Shown here: piece by piece, positions 39,546 to 49,586 of the stretch
Position numbering within the stretch: position 1 is the first letter of the stretch
Layout: each line of letters starts with the position of its first letter
Assembly (NCBI GenBank): GCA_963850305.1
Contig: CAWKKR010000004.1
Span: forward strand, 512,001-576,000
DNA length: 64,000 bases
Direction of reading: 5' to 3'
From: an uncultured delta proteobacterium
Lineage (GTDB): Bacteria; Myxococcota_A; Polyangia; Polyangiales; Polyangiaceae
Notes under the pieces: generated by a model
The model's database searches: none
What the model saw: the letters and a program-made list of their open reading frames with translations, nothing else
Told to the model about the DNA's origin: nothing
Made by a program: the position numbers and the translations under genes

Positions 39546-41059
39546 GAGTCCCTCTGCATGAGCTCTTCATAGAGCCGAATTCCCGACGCGACCGTAGCAC
39601 CGATGCTCGGGTAGCCTGCGGTGGCGTTGACGAGAAACAGATTATCGAGCGGCGTGTCGAAGCTCACGCGCGGCCAGCGCGTATTCTCCGGGGTCAGCGC
39701 CGCGCCGTAGGAGTTGCCGCGCGGCGACCAACAATAATGCTCGTTCGTGAGTGGCGTTCCGACCACTCGAATGGCCAATTTACTGCGGAGGCCCGGAACG
39801 TACTCCGCTTCCAGAATGTCCAGGATGGTGTTCCGGACCTTCGTCTTTTCGTCGTTGTACGCTCTCCGGCCTCGTCCCCGGAGCGCGTCGAACTGGGCGT
39901 AGTCGCAGCTCGTCGCGACCTCGAGCACCTGGTGACCCCGAGGGGCTATGCCGGGCTGGTCCGTGTGTAACGTCGGCGTCGCGAGGAACAGCCACGGATT
40001 CGACAGATCATGGCCCTCGAGCTGATCACGATAGATGCGATTGAGGTCGTCGTGAGGGTAGCGCCACACGTTGAAGGAGCCGAACCCGTGCTCTCGGAGG
40101 TCACACTCCTCGACGCCGAGGTACATCGTGAATGTGCTGCAGGAGTACTCGTACTCGAGCCTTTTGCGGTACGCCGCGGGAAAGTACTCGGCGCCGCTGA
40201 GTTCCACCGTGCGCGCCGGATCGAGATTGGAAACGTAACGCCTCGCGCGGAACGTCTCGCCCTTGGTCGTCACGACGCGATCGACGCGCCCCCCCGCCAC
40301 GACGATCCGAGCGACCTCGTGAGACAGCAAGACCTTGCAACCGGCCTGCGCCTCGATGCGTTCGACGACCTGGTCGATGAGATGGGAAAAGTGCTTCTCT
40401 GGGTAGTACGCGCCGCAGTCATAGGACGACACCAGCGATACGTGGAGCAGCAGGGACACGCGCTCCGGCGGCAGCAGATAGTCACCAGCCTGTCCCGCAA
40501 GGACTGCCTGGAGACGTCGCGGCATGTGCAAGTCGTCGTAGAGGCGCTGGAGCGTCCAGTTCCGGTAGCGGATGAGGTGGGGGAAATGCAGCGGCGCCGT
40601 CGCCAGGTCCCGCAAGCCCGGAGATCCGGGCAAGCGTGAGATCTCTTCACGGATCGCCATGACCGTCGCGAAGTAGCTCCTCAGCGGCTTTTCCGCGTCC
40701 GGGAATCGGCGAATTAGCCGATCGCGAAACTTCGAGAGCCCCGTCGGGATCCGAAATCGTTCACCGGCGAGGTCGATTCGATCGAACCCCTCCGGATCCA
40801 GCCGGCGGAACCGGACGTCCGCGCCGATGCGCGACAGGAAATCGTGAACCGGCTCCCCCTCGCCGCACCCGAAGATGTAGTGCACCTGCGCGCAAAACCG
40901 ATAGTCCCCCATGGGGAACGTGTGGGCGTACCCGCCCGGGTATTCGTGCGATTCGAGGATGAGCACCCTCCTGCCCGCTCGAGCGAGCAACGCGCCGACG
41001 GTGAGGCCCGCCATACCCGAGCCGATGACGAGATCGTCGTATTCGGCAGGCATCATCAT
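39542..41059 (-). CDS. Phytoene desaturase / retinol saturase-like FAD oxidoreductase
   Basis: VIGSGMAGL, LE.H..PGG..H.F, GAYYP, S.FTMYLG, GTPLTNE.Y...P.G..YG and TPLDNLFL motifs. Confidence 0.8.
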   Translation of the reverse strand: MMMPAEYDDLVIGSGMAGLTVGALLARAGRRVLILESHEYPGGYAHTFPMGDYRFCAQVHYIFGCGEGEPVHDFLSRIGADVRFRRLDPEGFDRIDLAGERFRIPTGLSKFRDRLIRRFPDAEKPLRSYFATVMAIREEISRLPGSPGLRDLATAPLHFPHLIRYRNWTLQRLYDDLHMPRRLQAVLAGQAGDYLLPPERVSLLLHVSLVSSYDCGAYYPEKHFSHLIDQVVERIEAQAGCKVLLSHEVARIVVAGGRVDRVVTTKGETFRARRYVSNLDPARTVELSGAEYFPAAYRKRLEYEYSCSTFTMYLGVEECDLREHGFGSFNVWRYPHDDLNRIYRDQLEGHDLSNPWLFLATPTLHTDQPGIAPRGHQVLEVATSCDYAQFDALRGRGRRAYNDEKTKVRNTILDILEAEYVPGLRSKLAIRVVGTPLTNEHYCWSPRGNSYGAALTPENTRWPRVSFDTPLDNLFLVNATAGYPSIGATVASGIRLYEELMQRDS

Positions 41060-41088
41060 GCAGCTTTCACCGTGCCGATGTCGGACCA

Positions 41089-41104
41089 CGCGATCGTGGT
41101 GCCG
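41089..41104 (-). promoter_or_regulatory. Weaker sigma54-like motif for the desaturase-oxidase-nifJ operon
   Basis: Minus strand CGGCACCACGATCGCG (GG-N10-GC, but TCGC instead of TTGC). Confidence 0.4.
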
Positions 41105-41224
41105 CTTGCGGAAGTCCGATGCGAAGGGCCAATCATGGGCATGGCAGGTTCCTGCGGTGAACGAGGCCGACTCGTCGATCGGCCCTGCATCAAGCGGTCC
41201 AGGCACCGTTCCGCCCTCGCTTCA

Positions 41225-41247
41225 CGCGGCATCGGGCTGATGCCGCG
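41225..41247. promoter_or_regulatory. Perfect 9-bp inverted repeat in divergent promoter region
   Basis: CGCGGCATC-GGGCT-GATGCCGCG. Confidence 0.35.
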
Positions 41248-41376
41248 CGCGAAATGCACGCACCTGCGTCTTTTCGCGTCGTTTCCGTGCGCTCTCGGCT
41301 CGGCCCGGGCAAACCGATGTGAAGACGGTCGACGCTTCCCCCCGTTGCGCTCGCGCCGTGCAGCACCTTCGTCTTG

Positions 41377-41391
41377 GTGCAAGGCGTGCAC
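41377..41391. promoter_or_regulatory. Candidate enhancer/operator palindrome
   Basis: GTGCAAGGCGTGCAC. A weaker copy, GCGCGCGAAATGCAC, lies at 41245-41259. Confidence 0.4.
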
Positions 41392-41410
41392 CTCAGCTGG
41401 GGATGCGGGT

Positions 41411-41426
41411 GGGCACGCGGATTGCT
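41411..41426 (+). promoter_or_regulatory. sigma54 -24/-12 promoter of HAD-GH65 unit
   Basis: GGGCACGCGGATTGCT (GG-N10-GC). Confidence 0.72.
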
Positions 41427-41443
41427 TGGAAACCAAGAACGAT

Positions 41444-42247
41444 ATGGCGAATCGAGGCGCGTTCGACGGGTTGGCTACGCCGCGCGAGCGGATCGCGCAG
41501 GGCAGGTTCGGCTTACCCGCGAGTGTCCGCGCCTGCTTGTTCGATCTGGACGGCGTGCTCACGCTCACCGCGAAGGTCCACGCCGCCGCATGGAAGGAGA
41601 CGTTCGATGCGTTCCTCGTCGCCCGCGCGACGGCAACCGGCACCCCCTTCGTCGCCTTCGACGCGCTCGACGACTACGAGCGCTACGTCGACGGAAAGCC
41701 GCGTCTGGACGGCACTCGATCGTTCCTCATGGGGCGAAACATCGAGCTCCCGGAAGGCAGCCCCCGAGACCCGCCCGACGCGCAAACCATCTTCGGGCTC
41801 GCGAATCGGAAGAACGAGGCCGTGAAGCGCTTGCTCGCGGAGAAGCGCGTCGAGCCGTACCGGGGATCGGTGCGTTACGTTCGGGCCGTTCGCGAGGGTG
41901 GACTTCGCACGGCCGTCGTCTCGTCGAGTCGCAATTGCCGGCTCGTGCTGACATCGGCCGGAATCACCGACCTGTTCGACGCGATCGTCGACGGAGTCGT
42001 GGCCAGAGAGAAGAACCTTCCCGGCAAGCCCGCGCCCGACACGTACCTTGCGGCAGCGCGAATGCTGGACGTTGCCGGGTCACACGCAGCCGTTTTCGAG
42101 GACGCATTGGCCGGCGTCGAGGCCGGGCGCGCGGGCGGATTCGGCTACGTCGTGGGCGTCGATCGCGTGGGCCAGGCGCAGGAACTCGGGCGCCACGGTG
42201 CAAACGTCGTGGTCGATGATCTGAGCGAGCTCCTCGAGGTCGAATGA
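41444..42247 (+). CDS. Beta-phosphoglucomutase-family HAD hydrolase
   Basis: FDLDGVLT.TA..H..AWK, VSSS.N, GKPAPD and FEDA..GV.AG motifs. Confidence 0.88.
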   Translation: MANRGAFDGLATPRERIAQGRFGLPASVRACLFDLDGVLTLTAKVHAAAWKETFDAFLVARATATGTPFVAFDALDDYERYVDGKPRLDGTRSFLMGRNIELPEGSPRDPPDAQTIFGLANRKNEAVKRLLAEKRVEPYRGSVRYVRAVREGGLRTAVVSSSRNCRLVLTSAGITDLFDAIVDGVVAREKNLPGKPAPDTYLAAARMLDVAGSHAAVFEDALAGVEAGRAGGFGYVVGVDRVGQAQELGRHGANVVVDDLSELLEVE

Positions 42248-44604
42248 TCCGCCACGCCGCGTTTCGCGTCGAGCCTTGGTGCCTCCACGAGATCGAGCTC
42301 CATCTCGACATTCTCGCCCAAAGCGAGTCGCTCTTCGCTCTTTCGAATGGGCACATCGGGCTTCGAGGGAACCTCGACGAAGGGGAGCCACACGGTCTTC
42401 CGGGGTGCTATCTGAACGGCTTCTACGAGCTGCGGCCGCTGCCGTACGCGGAAGGCGGTTACGGATTCCCGACGTCGAGTCAGACGGTCATCAACGTCAC
42501 CAACGGCAAACTGCTCCGCTTGCTCGTGGACGACGAGCCTTTCGATGTGCGCTATGGCGAGCTCCGCCGACACGAGCGAAAGCTCGATTTCTGCACAGGC
42601 ACCTTGAAACGCTGCACGGAGTGGGTCTCGCCCGCAGGACGGAGCATCCGCGTGACCTCCGAACGGCTGGTGTCGTTCACGCAGCGGGCAATCGTCGCCA
42701 TCTGCTACGAAATAGAGCCACTAGACGCTCCGATCAACGTCGTCGTGCAGTCGGAGCTCGTTGCCAACGAGCAACTCCCGACGGCCGATTCGGACCCTCG
42801 TGCGGCAGCCGTCCTGGAGGCGCCGCTCGAGGCAGAAGAGCACTCTTGTTCCGATGGGTCCGGCCTCCTCATCCATCGGACCCGTCAAAGCGGCCTGCGC
42901 GTCGCGAGCGCCATGGACCACGTCGTCGTTGGTTCAGCGCGGGTTCATGTCGCCTCGGCGGCGACGGAAGACTCCGCTCGCGTCTCCGTGGTGGACTTGC
43001 TCGCGCCAGGCGAGCGGCTGCGATTGATCAAGCTCGTCGCCTACGGTTGGTCGAGCAACCGCACCATCCCGGCGCTACGCGATCAGGTCGCTGCAGCGCT
43101 GGAAGCTGCGCGCCTCACCGGGTGGGAAGGCCTTCTCACCGATCAACGAAGGTACCTCGATGACTTCTGGTCGCGCGCCGACGTTGCACTCGAAGGCGAT
43201 CCCGAACTCCAGCAGGCCGTCCGTTTCTCGCTGTTTCATGTGTTGCAAGCGACGGCCCGCGCGGAAGGCCGTGGCATTCCCGCGAAGGGGCTGACCGGGC
43301 CGGGCTACGACGGGCATTCGTTCTGGGACGGAGAGACGTTCATCCAACCCGTCCTCACTCACACCGTCCCCAAGGCGGCCGCGGACGCATTACGCTGGCG
43401 GCACTCCACACTCGAGACCGCGCGAGCACGCGCGCACGAGCTGCATCTCGAGGGGGCCGCGTTTCCCTGGCGAACGATTCGCGGCGAGGAGTGCTCCGGG
43501 TATTGGCCCGCCGGAGCCGCGGCTTTTCACGTCAATGCGGACATCGCCGACGCGGTCCTTCGCTACGTTCGTGCCACCACGGACGCTCGATTCGAGCGCG
43601 AGATCGGTCTGGGAATCCTGGTCGAAACGGCGAGGTTGTGGCGCAGTCTCGGACACCACGACGCTCAAGGCTCATTCCGGATCGACGGAGTCACGGGTCC
43701 CGACGAGTACAGCGCCATCTCCGACAACAACCTGTTCACGAACCTCATGGCTCGGCGAAACCTCTTCGGAGCCGCCGACGCCTGCGCGAAGTACCCGGAC
43801 CAGGCTCGCGAACTCGGGGCCACGCCCAAAGAGATGGCGAGCTGGCGCGCTGCCGCCGAACACGTACTCGTTCCGTACGACACCCGGCTCGGCGTGCACG
43901 AACAATCCGAAGGTTTCACGACTCACGAGGTGTGGGACTTTGCGAGAACGGGCGAGGACCAATACCCGCTCATGCTGCATTTCCCGTATTTCGACCTGTA
44001 CCGAAAGCAGGTCGTGAAGCAGCCCGATCTGGTGCTGGCGATGCAGCTCTGCGGCGACTCGTTCACACCCGAAGAGAAGGCTCGCAACTTCGCCTATTAC
44101 GAGCGTATCACCGTGCGGGATTCCTCTCTGTCGACCTGCACCCTCGCGGTTCTGGCAGCCGAGGTGGGCCACGTGCAACTGGCCCTCGACTACGTCGCCG
44201 AAGGGGCGCTCCTGGACTTGAAGGATCTCGAGCACAATACCCGCGACGGATTGCACATCGCCGCGCTGGCAGGCACATGGATCGGGCTCACCTTCGGCTT
44301 CGGCGGCATGCGCGACCACGAGAGCACGCTGTCGTTTGCGCCGCGGCTGCCGGATGGATTGACGGGCCTGACGTTCACCATCGTGCGTCGCGGGCTCAGA
44401 TTGTCGGTTCGAGTTAGCCCCAGCTCGGCCGTGTATCGACTCCTCGATCCCGGCGCGGCGCTCGAATTGGTTCACCATGGGGACTCGCTCGTCGTCCGTG
44501 GGACGACTCCCGTCGAGCGGCCGATCCCGCCCTCGCCGGTGCGTGAACCCGCCACGCAACCCCGGTGTCGCGAACCAACACGGAGGAGCGCGCAGCGCGC
44601 ATGA
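42244..44604 (+). CDS. Glycoside hydrolase family 65 (trehalose/maltose/kojibiose phosphorylase-like)
   Basis: ES.FALSNGHIG.RG, AKGLTG.GYDGH.FWD.E, FPWRTI.GEE, GVTGPDEY and KQ.D motifs. ATGA overlap with the HAD gene. Confidence 0.92.
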   Translation: MIRHAAFRVEPWCLHEIELHLDILAQSESLFALSNGHIGLRGNLDEGEPHGLPGCYLNGFYELRPLPYAEGGYGFPTSSQTVINVTNGKLLRLLVDDEPFDVRYGELRRHERKLDFCTGTLKRCTEWVSPAGRSIRVTSERLVSFTQRAIVAICYEIEPLDAPINVVVQSELVANEQLPTADSDPRAAAVLEAPLEAEEHSCSDGSGLLIHRTRQSGLRVASAMDHVVVGSARVHVASAATEDSARVSVVDLLAPGERLRLIKLVAYGWSSNRTIPALRDQVAAALEAARLTGWEGLLTDQRRYLDDFWSRADVALEGDPELQQAVRFSLFHVLQATARAEGRGIPAKGLTGPGYDGHSFWDGETFIQPVLTHTVPKAAADALRWRHSTLETARARAHELHLEGAAFPWRTIRGEECSGYWPAGAAAFHVNADIADAVLRYVRATTDARFEREIGLGILVETARLWRSLGHHDAQGSFRIDGVTGPDEYSAISDNNLFTNLMARRNLFGAADACAKYPDQARELGATPKEMASWRAAAEHVLVPYDTRLGVHEQSEGFTTHEVWDFARTGEDQYPLMLHFPYFDLYRKQVVKQPDLVLAMQLCGDSFTPEEKARNFAYYERITVRDSSLSTCTLAVLAAEVGHVQLALDYVAEGALLDLKDLEHNTRDGLHIAALAGTWIGLTFGFGGMRDHESTLSFAPRLPDGLTGLTFTIVRRGLRLSVRVSPSSAVYRLLDPGAALELVHHGDSLVVRGTTPVERPIPPSPVREPATQPRCREPTRRSAQRA

Positions 44605-44678
44605 GTCGAGCGTGGTCGCTGGAAGCGTCGCCCGCGCCGAACGCGTCGAACGCGTCGAACGCCCAGGGACCGGCCAGC

Positions 44679-44694
44679 GGGCACGGTGTTTGCA
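44679..44694 (+). promoter_or_regulatory. sigma54 -24/-12 promoter upstream of SpoIIAA-like gene (possibly reading into methyltransferase-hydrogenase genes)
   Basis: GGGCACGGTGTTTGCA (GG-N10-GC). Confidence 0.72.
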
Positions 44695-44765
44695 GAACAA
44701 TCCACCCTGCGGCGTGAAAGATGGCGCGCCCCCGAGACGATGAGACCATCCAGAAGGAGCCTGCG

Positions 44766-45536
44766 ATGTTCGAAAAGCTCAAAGAAATGCCTCCTGGGAT
44801 CGATGGCGTGAAGGCGGTCGGAACGGTGTCGAAGAACGACTACATCAACGTGCTCGAGCCGCTTCTCGAGGAGGCACGACAGGAGGGGCGTCACGTTCGT
44901 TTCCTCTTCGAGCTAGGTCCGGATTTCGAGAGTCTCGAGCCGAGCGCAGCCCTGGAAGACGCGAAGGTCGGCCTCCGATACTTGCGGCTCTTCGACGCCT
45001 GCGCGATCGTGACCGACGTCCGCTGGATCCGGGAGTCGATCAGGCTCGCGGCATTCTTGATGCCGTGTCCGGTGCGCGTGTTCGGCAACAAGGAGCGCGC
45101 TCAGGCCGTTCAGTGGCTGTCCTCGCACCCCGAAAAGGCGGCGCTCGCGCATCGCATGTTGCCGGAGTCCGGCGTCATGTTGATCGAGGTCGACCAACCC
45201 GTGCGAGCGCAAGACTTCGACGCCATGGCGGCGACGGCCGATGCCTGGATCGAAGCGCACGGCTCCCTCGCTGGCGTCGTCGTCCACCTGCGAGAATTTC
45301 CCGGCTGGGAAAATCTGTCGAGCCTCGTTCGACACGTGCGCTTCGTTCATGACCATCACCGGAAGGTCAAGCGGGTCGCGTTCGCGGTCGATCAAGGAAA
45401 CCTCGCAAAGTTTGGCCCTGGATTCGCGGAGCACTTCGTCAAGGCGGAAGTGAAAGCATTCGGATACGACCAGCTCGCGGACGCGGTCGCCTGGGCGGGA
45501 GCTTCCGCGGGCAGGACGAGGACGGACGCCAACTGA
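44766..45536 (+). CDS. Tandem SpoIIAA-like (STAS/SEC14) domain protein
   Basis: Two repeats ending VRVF......A..WL and VKAF......A.AWA. AAGGAG RBS. Confidence 0.8.
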   Translation: MFEKLKEMPPGIDGVKAVGTVSKNDYINVLEPLLEEARQEGRHVRFLFELGPDFESLEPSAALEDAKVGLRYLRLFDACAIVTDVRWIRESIRLAAFLMPCPVRVFGNKERAQAVQWLSSHPEKAALAHRMLPESGVMLIEVDQPVRAQDFDAMAATADAWIEAHGSLAGVVVHLREFPGWENLSSLVRHVRFVHDHHRKVKRVAFAVDQGNLAKFGPGFAEHFVKAEVKAFGYDQLADAVAWAGASAGRTRTDAN

Positions 45537-45677
45537 CGCCGCAGCCGGCTCGGGTTCACCCGCCCGAGACCGCCGCGTCACGCGCCCGATGGCGCGCGTC
45601 GTGATCGGCCGCGCCCTGCAGTTCGAGCCATTGCGTTGCGCCCGCAGGTCAGCGCCGGTACGTATGCGGACCTGCAC

Positions 45678-46298
45678 ATGAACGAGCCCGCTCCGCTCCG
45701 AGGCGCCGAATTCTGGAACCAGCGCTACGGCGGTGAAGACTTTGCTTATGGGCGTGAACCGAACGACTTTCTCCGGGAACAGGCGCATCGCATCCCCGAG
45801 GGGCGCGTCTTGTGTCTCGCAGAGGGCGAGGGGCGAAACTCGGTGTTCCTCGCGGGGCTGGGCCACGGCGTGACGGCCGTCGACTTTTCCGCGGAAGGGC
45901 TGCACAAAGCCGAGCGGCTCGCCCGCGAGCGCAACGTCGCGATCGAGACCGTGCAAGCCGACCTCGCGTCGTACGAGCCCGAGGCCGGGAGCTTCACGGG
46001 CGTGGTCGCGATCTTCGCGCACCTGCCGCCGGGGGTTAGAAAGAAGGTCCACGGCTGGGTGCCCCGCGTCCTTCGCCCCGGCGGCGTCTTCCTGCTGGAG
46101 GCGTACCGGCCCGAGCAGCTGGCGTACGGCACGGGCGGACCCCGCGATCCCGCTCTGCTGATGACCCTCGATGCCCTGAAGACCGAGCTTGCGCCCCTGT
46201 CGTTCGAGATCGGGCGCGAGGTCGATCGGGAGATCGAGGAGGGGTCGTTTCATTCGGGTCGGAGCGCCACCGTGCAGGTGCTCGCGGTCCGCAGCTAG
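45678..46298 (+). CDS. Class I SAM-dependent methyltransferase (TehB-like)
   Basis: FW.QRY....YG.EPNDFL, VLCLAEGEGRN and LRPGG..LLEAY motifs. Confidence 0.88.
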   Translation: MNEPAPLRGAEFWNQRYGGEDFAYGREPNDFLREQAHRIPEGRVLCLAEGEGRNSVFLAGLGHGVTAVDFSAEGLHKAERLARERNVAIETVQADLASYEPEAGSFTGVVAIFAHLPPGVRKKVHGWVPRVLRPGGVFLLEAYRPEQLAYGTGGPRDPALLMTLDALKTELAPLSFEIGREVDREIEEGSFHSGRSATVQVLAVRS

Positions 46299-46363
46299 CT
46301 TGGCCAATCGGTTTCGCCCCCCTCGCTTCTTCGGCGCCCCCCCGCGGCATCGGACGCGTTACG

Positions 46364-47500
46364 ATGGGGCTCGTGGCAGAGGTACTCGACACGAGCGCAC
46401 TGGGCGACTTGCTCGCACTGCTCGTCGACGAGGGCCGTACGCTCATCGGACCCACGGTCCGCGACGGTGCGATCGTGTACGACGAGATCGGAGGGCTCTC
46501 CGAGTTACCCGAGGGGTGGACTGCCTCACAGAGCCCGGGAAGCTACAGGCTGGAGCGACGGAAGGACCGAGCCTTGTTCGGCTTCGCGTCGAGCGGCAGA
46601 TCGTTCAGGCCTTTTTTCCACGTGCCGGTGGAACGACTCGTCACGCTACGGCGCAGTGGCGAAGGGTGGTCGGCCGTCGGGGAACCGACGGTGGGGCGGA
46701 AGCTTGCCCTGATCGGGGCCAGGGCCTGTGATCTCGCGGCCCTAGCGGTGCAAGATCGGGTGTTCGTCGAGGGGGCTTTCCCCGACCCGCGGTACGCCGC
46801 GCGGCGCGCGAATACCTTCGTCATCGCGGTGAACTGCGGCGAAGCCGGTGGGACTTGCTTCTGCACTTCGATGGGAACGGGTCCACGGGCAACCCACGGC
46901 TACGATCTTTCGCTCACCGAGGTCCTCGACGGCGAACACCGCTTCGTCGTCGAGGCGGCCACGGCCGAAGGCGCGCGCTTGCTCGCAGCCGTGCGAAGTC
47001 GCGCTGCGAACGTGGGGGACCTCGCCGCCGCGAACCGGGCCGTGGAGCATGCGCGCGACACCATGGGCCGTTCTCTCGACACCCGCGGCATCCGCGACCT
47101 GTTGTTCGACAACCTGGAGCACCCGCGGTGGGACGACGTCGCCGCGCGCTGCCTCTCGTGCACGAACTGTACGCTCGTCTGCCCGACCTGCTTCTGCGGG
47201 ACGATCGACGAAGTCGCGTCGCTCGAGCCGGACGTCGTGGAGCGCAGGAAACGCTGGGATTCGTGCTTCACGGAGGAGCATTCGTACCTGCATGGCGGCG
47301 CCGCTCGGCCATCGGTGCGGGCGCGCTATCGTCAGTGGCTCACGCACAAGCTCGCCGGATGGATCGACCAATTCGGAAGCTCGGGTTGCGTGGGGTGCGG
47401 TCGCTGCATAACGTGGTGTCCTGCGGGCATCGACATCACCGAAGAGGTGGCCGCGATCCGGGGCAGGCCCGTCCCCACCGCGCGGGAGCAAACACCGTGA
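46364..47500 (+). CDS. Group 3b [NiFe]-hydrogenase beta subunit (4Fe-4S, AsrA-like)
   Basis: [37 protein letters not shown] and [13 protein letters not shown] motifs. Confidence 0.9.
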   Translation: MGLVAEVLDTSALGDLLALLVDEGRTLIGPTVRDGAIVYDEIGGLSELPEGWTASQSPGSYRLERRKDRALFGFASSGRSFRPFFHVPVERLVTLRRSGEGWSAVGEPTVGRKLALIGARACDLAALAVQDRVFVEGAFPDPRYAARRANTFVIAVNCGEAGGTCFCTSMGTGPRATHGYDLSLTEVLDGEHRFVVEAATAEGARLLAAVRSRAANVGDLAAANRAVEHARDTMGRSLDTRGIRDLLFDNLEHPRWDDVAARCLSCTNCTLVCPTCFCGTIDEVASLEPDVVERRKRWDSCFTEEHSYLHGGAARPSVRARYRQWLTHKLAGWIDQFGSSGCVGCGRCITWCPAGIDITEEVAAIRGRPVPTAREQTP

Positions 47501-47964
47501 CCTTCGAATCGACCGAGCGCTTGCTCCGCGAGCATTCCTTCACGGAGGGCATGTCGGACGCCCATGTGCGCTTCATGTTCGGGTGCATGAAGAACGTGCG
47601 CTACCGGACCGGCGAGTACCTGTTTCGCGAGGGGGAGGCCGCGGACCAGCTCTTCCTCCTGCGCCAGGGCCGCGTCACTCTGGAGGTACACGCCGCGGGA
47701 AGCGGCGCTACCCAGCTCGAGAGCCTCGGTGAAGGGGACGTGCTCGGGTGGTCGGTGCTCTTCCCTCCACACCGATGGGACACGGACTGCCGCGTCCTCG
47801 AAACGTGCGTCGCCCTCCTGTTCGACGGGAGCTGCCTGCGGCAAAAGGTCGAGCAAGATCTGCCGTTCGCTTATGCCCTCACGCGGCGCTTGCTCTACGT
47901 CGTGCACCGACGTCTCGAGCGCGCCCGTCTCCACGAAGCGGATGTGTACGGGGCGCGCGCTTGA
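47497..47964 (+). CDS. Stand-alone cyclic nucleotide-binding domain protein
   Basis: [18 protein letters not shown]...GEGDVLGWS with no HTH. GTGA overlap with the beta subunit. Confidence 0.85.
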   Translation: MTFESTERLLREHSFTEGMSDAHVRFMFGCMKNVRYRTGEYLFREGEAADQLFLLRQGRVTLEVHAAGSGATQLESLGEGDVLGWSVLFPPHRWDTDCRVLETCVALLFDGSCLRQKVEQDLPFAYALTRRLLYVVHRRLERARLHEADVYGARA

Positions 47965-48791
47965 CGTTCGGGTCCCCACACGACCCGATGGTCCCAGCAT
48001 TTCTGCGCGTCTTGCGCGTTCGTCGCGAGACCGAAGACGTGCGCACGGTCGAGATCGACACTTCGGAATCCGGCTTCTCCTTCCTGCCGGGGCAATTCAA
48101 CATGCTGTACGCGCCGGGCCTCGGAGAGAGCGCGATCTCCGTGAGCGGCGATCCCTCGAAGCCCGCTCGCCTCGTGCACACCATCCGTGCGGTCGGCACT
48201 GCCACGCGCGGGCTCACCGCCCTCCGCCGCGGAGACCAGGTCGGAGTGCGCGGTCCCTTCGGCCATGGATGGCCGCTCGAAGCGGCGGTCGGGGGTGATG
48301 TGGTCATCGTCGCTGGCGGGCTTGGGCTCGCGCCGCTCCGGTCCGCGATCTACGAACTTTGCCGGCGCCGCCCCGAGTTCGGGCACGTCGCCGTGGCGTG
48401 CGGTGCTCGGTCTCCCGACCAGGTGTTGTTCCAGACCGAGCTCGCCCGGTTCGGCGAGAAGCTCGATGTGTCGGTGACGGTCGATAGCGCCGACGAAGGC
48501 TGGACGGGGGCCACGGGGGTCGTGACCGGCCTGCTTCCGCGGGCCGTGCGCGATCCGCCGCGAACCACGGCGTTCGTCTGCGGCCCCGAGGTGATGATGC
48601 GCTTCGCGGCGCGGGAGCTTTCGCGGCTCGGTGTCGCCGAGACGCGGATCTTCGTTTCCCTCGAGCGCAACATGAAGTGCGGGCTCGGACACTGTGGCCA
48701 CTGCCAGCTCGGACCGACCCTCATCTGCCGCGACGGACCGGTCTACGGGTACGATCGCGTGAACCGGTATCTTCACGTGCGGGAGCTCTAG
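47961..48791 (+). CDS. Group 3b hydrogenase gamma subunit (FAD/NAD(P)-binding, 2Fe-2S)
   Basis: [31 protein letters not shown] and ERNMKCG.G.CGHCQ....IC.DGPV motifs. Confidence 0.9.
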   Translation: MTFGSPHDPMVPAFLRVLRVRRETEDVRTVEIDTSESGFSFLPGQFNMLYAPGLGESAISVSGDPSKPARLVHTIRAVGTATRGLTALRRGDQVGVRGPFGHGWPLEAAVGGDVVIVAGGLGLAPLRSAIYELCRRRPEFGHVAVACGARSPDQVLFQTELARFGEKLDVSVTVDSADEGWTGATGVVTGLLPRAVRDPPRTTAFVCGPEVMMRFAARELSRLGVAETRIFVSLERNMKCGLGHCGHCQLGPTLICRDGPVYGYDRVNRYLHVREL

Positions 48792-49586
48792 GTGAGCCCG
48801 CGCCGTCCGAAGCTCGCCGTCTGGAAGTTCGCCTCCTGCGATGGGTGCCAGCTGTCGCTGCTCGACTGCGAGGACGAGCTGCTCACGGTGGCCGAGCACG
48901 TGACGATCGCGCATTTCCTGGAAGCATCGAGCGCCACCGTGAGGGGCCCGTACGACGTTTCTCTCGTCGAGGGATCGGTGACGACGGCGCACGACGCGGA
49001 ACGCATCCAGGCGATCCGGCGCGCATCGAAGAAGCTCGTCACGATCGGCGCTTGCGCCACTGCCGGCGGGGTTCAGGCACTGCGGAACTTCCGGGACGAA
49101 AAGGAGTTCCTCTCCGTCGTCTACGCGCACCCGGAATACATCGACTCGCTCTCGACCTCCACGCCGATCGCGGCACACGTGCCGGTCGATTTCGAGCTCC
49201 ACGGCTGTCCCATCGACAAGCGGCAGCTCCTCGAGGCGCTCGCCGCGCTCGTGAACGGCCGCATTCCGTCCGTTCCATCGACTCCCGTGTGCGTCGAATG
49301 CAAGAGCCGCGGCACCTCGTGCGTCGTTGTCGCGCGCGGCACTCCGTGCCTCGGTCCAGTCACTCAGTCGGGCTGTGGCGCGCTCTGCCCGAGCTTCGAC
49401 CGCGGCTGCTACGGCTGCTTCGGACCCGTCCGCGGCGCGCAGACGGCTTCTCTCGAACCCTTGCTCTTGCGGCTGGGGACGTCGCCGCGTCAGATCGAGC
49501 GCCTTTACTCGACCTTCAACGTCGCCGCCCCCGCGTTCGAGGCGGCGGCCGGGAGCGCGCGGGAAAAGGAGCCTCGAGGTGGCTAG
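48792..49586 (+). CDS. Group 3b hydrogenase small (delta) subunit
   Basis: ASCDGCQ, VEGS, GACA..GG, GCP, CLGPVT..GCGA.CP and GCYGCFGP motifs. No Tat signal. Confidence 0.9.
   Translation: MSPRRPKLAVWKFASCDGCQLSLLDCEDELLTVAEHVTIAHFLEASSATVRGPYDVSLVEGSVTTAHDAERIQAIRRASKKLVTIGACATAGGVQALRNFRDEKEFLSVVYAHPEYIDSLSTSTPIAAHVPVDFELHGCPIDKRQLLEALAALVNGRIPSVPSTPVCVECKSRGTSCVVVARGTPCLGPVTQSGCGALCPSFDRGCYGCFGPVRGAQTASLEPLLLRLGTSPRQIERLYSTFNVAAPAFEAAAGSAREKEPRGG

Noticed and set aside
41062..41077. sigma54-like CGGCACGGTGAAAGCT on the minus strand
   Set aside because: Poor -12 element and too close to the ATGs at 41053-41059 to transcribe them.
46364..48791. Anaerobic sulfite reductase AsrAB
   Set aside because: No siroheme AsrC gene; followed instead by NiFe small and large subunits and a maturation protease.
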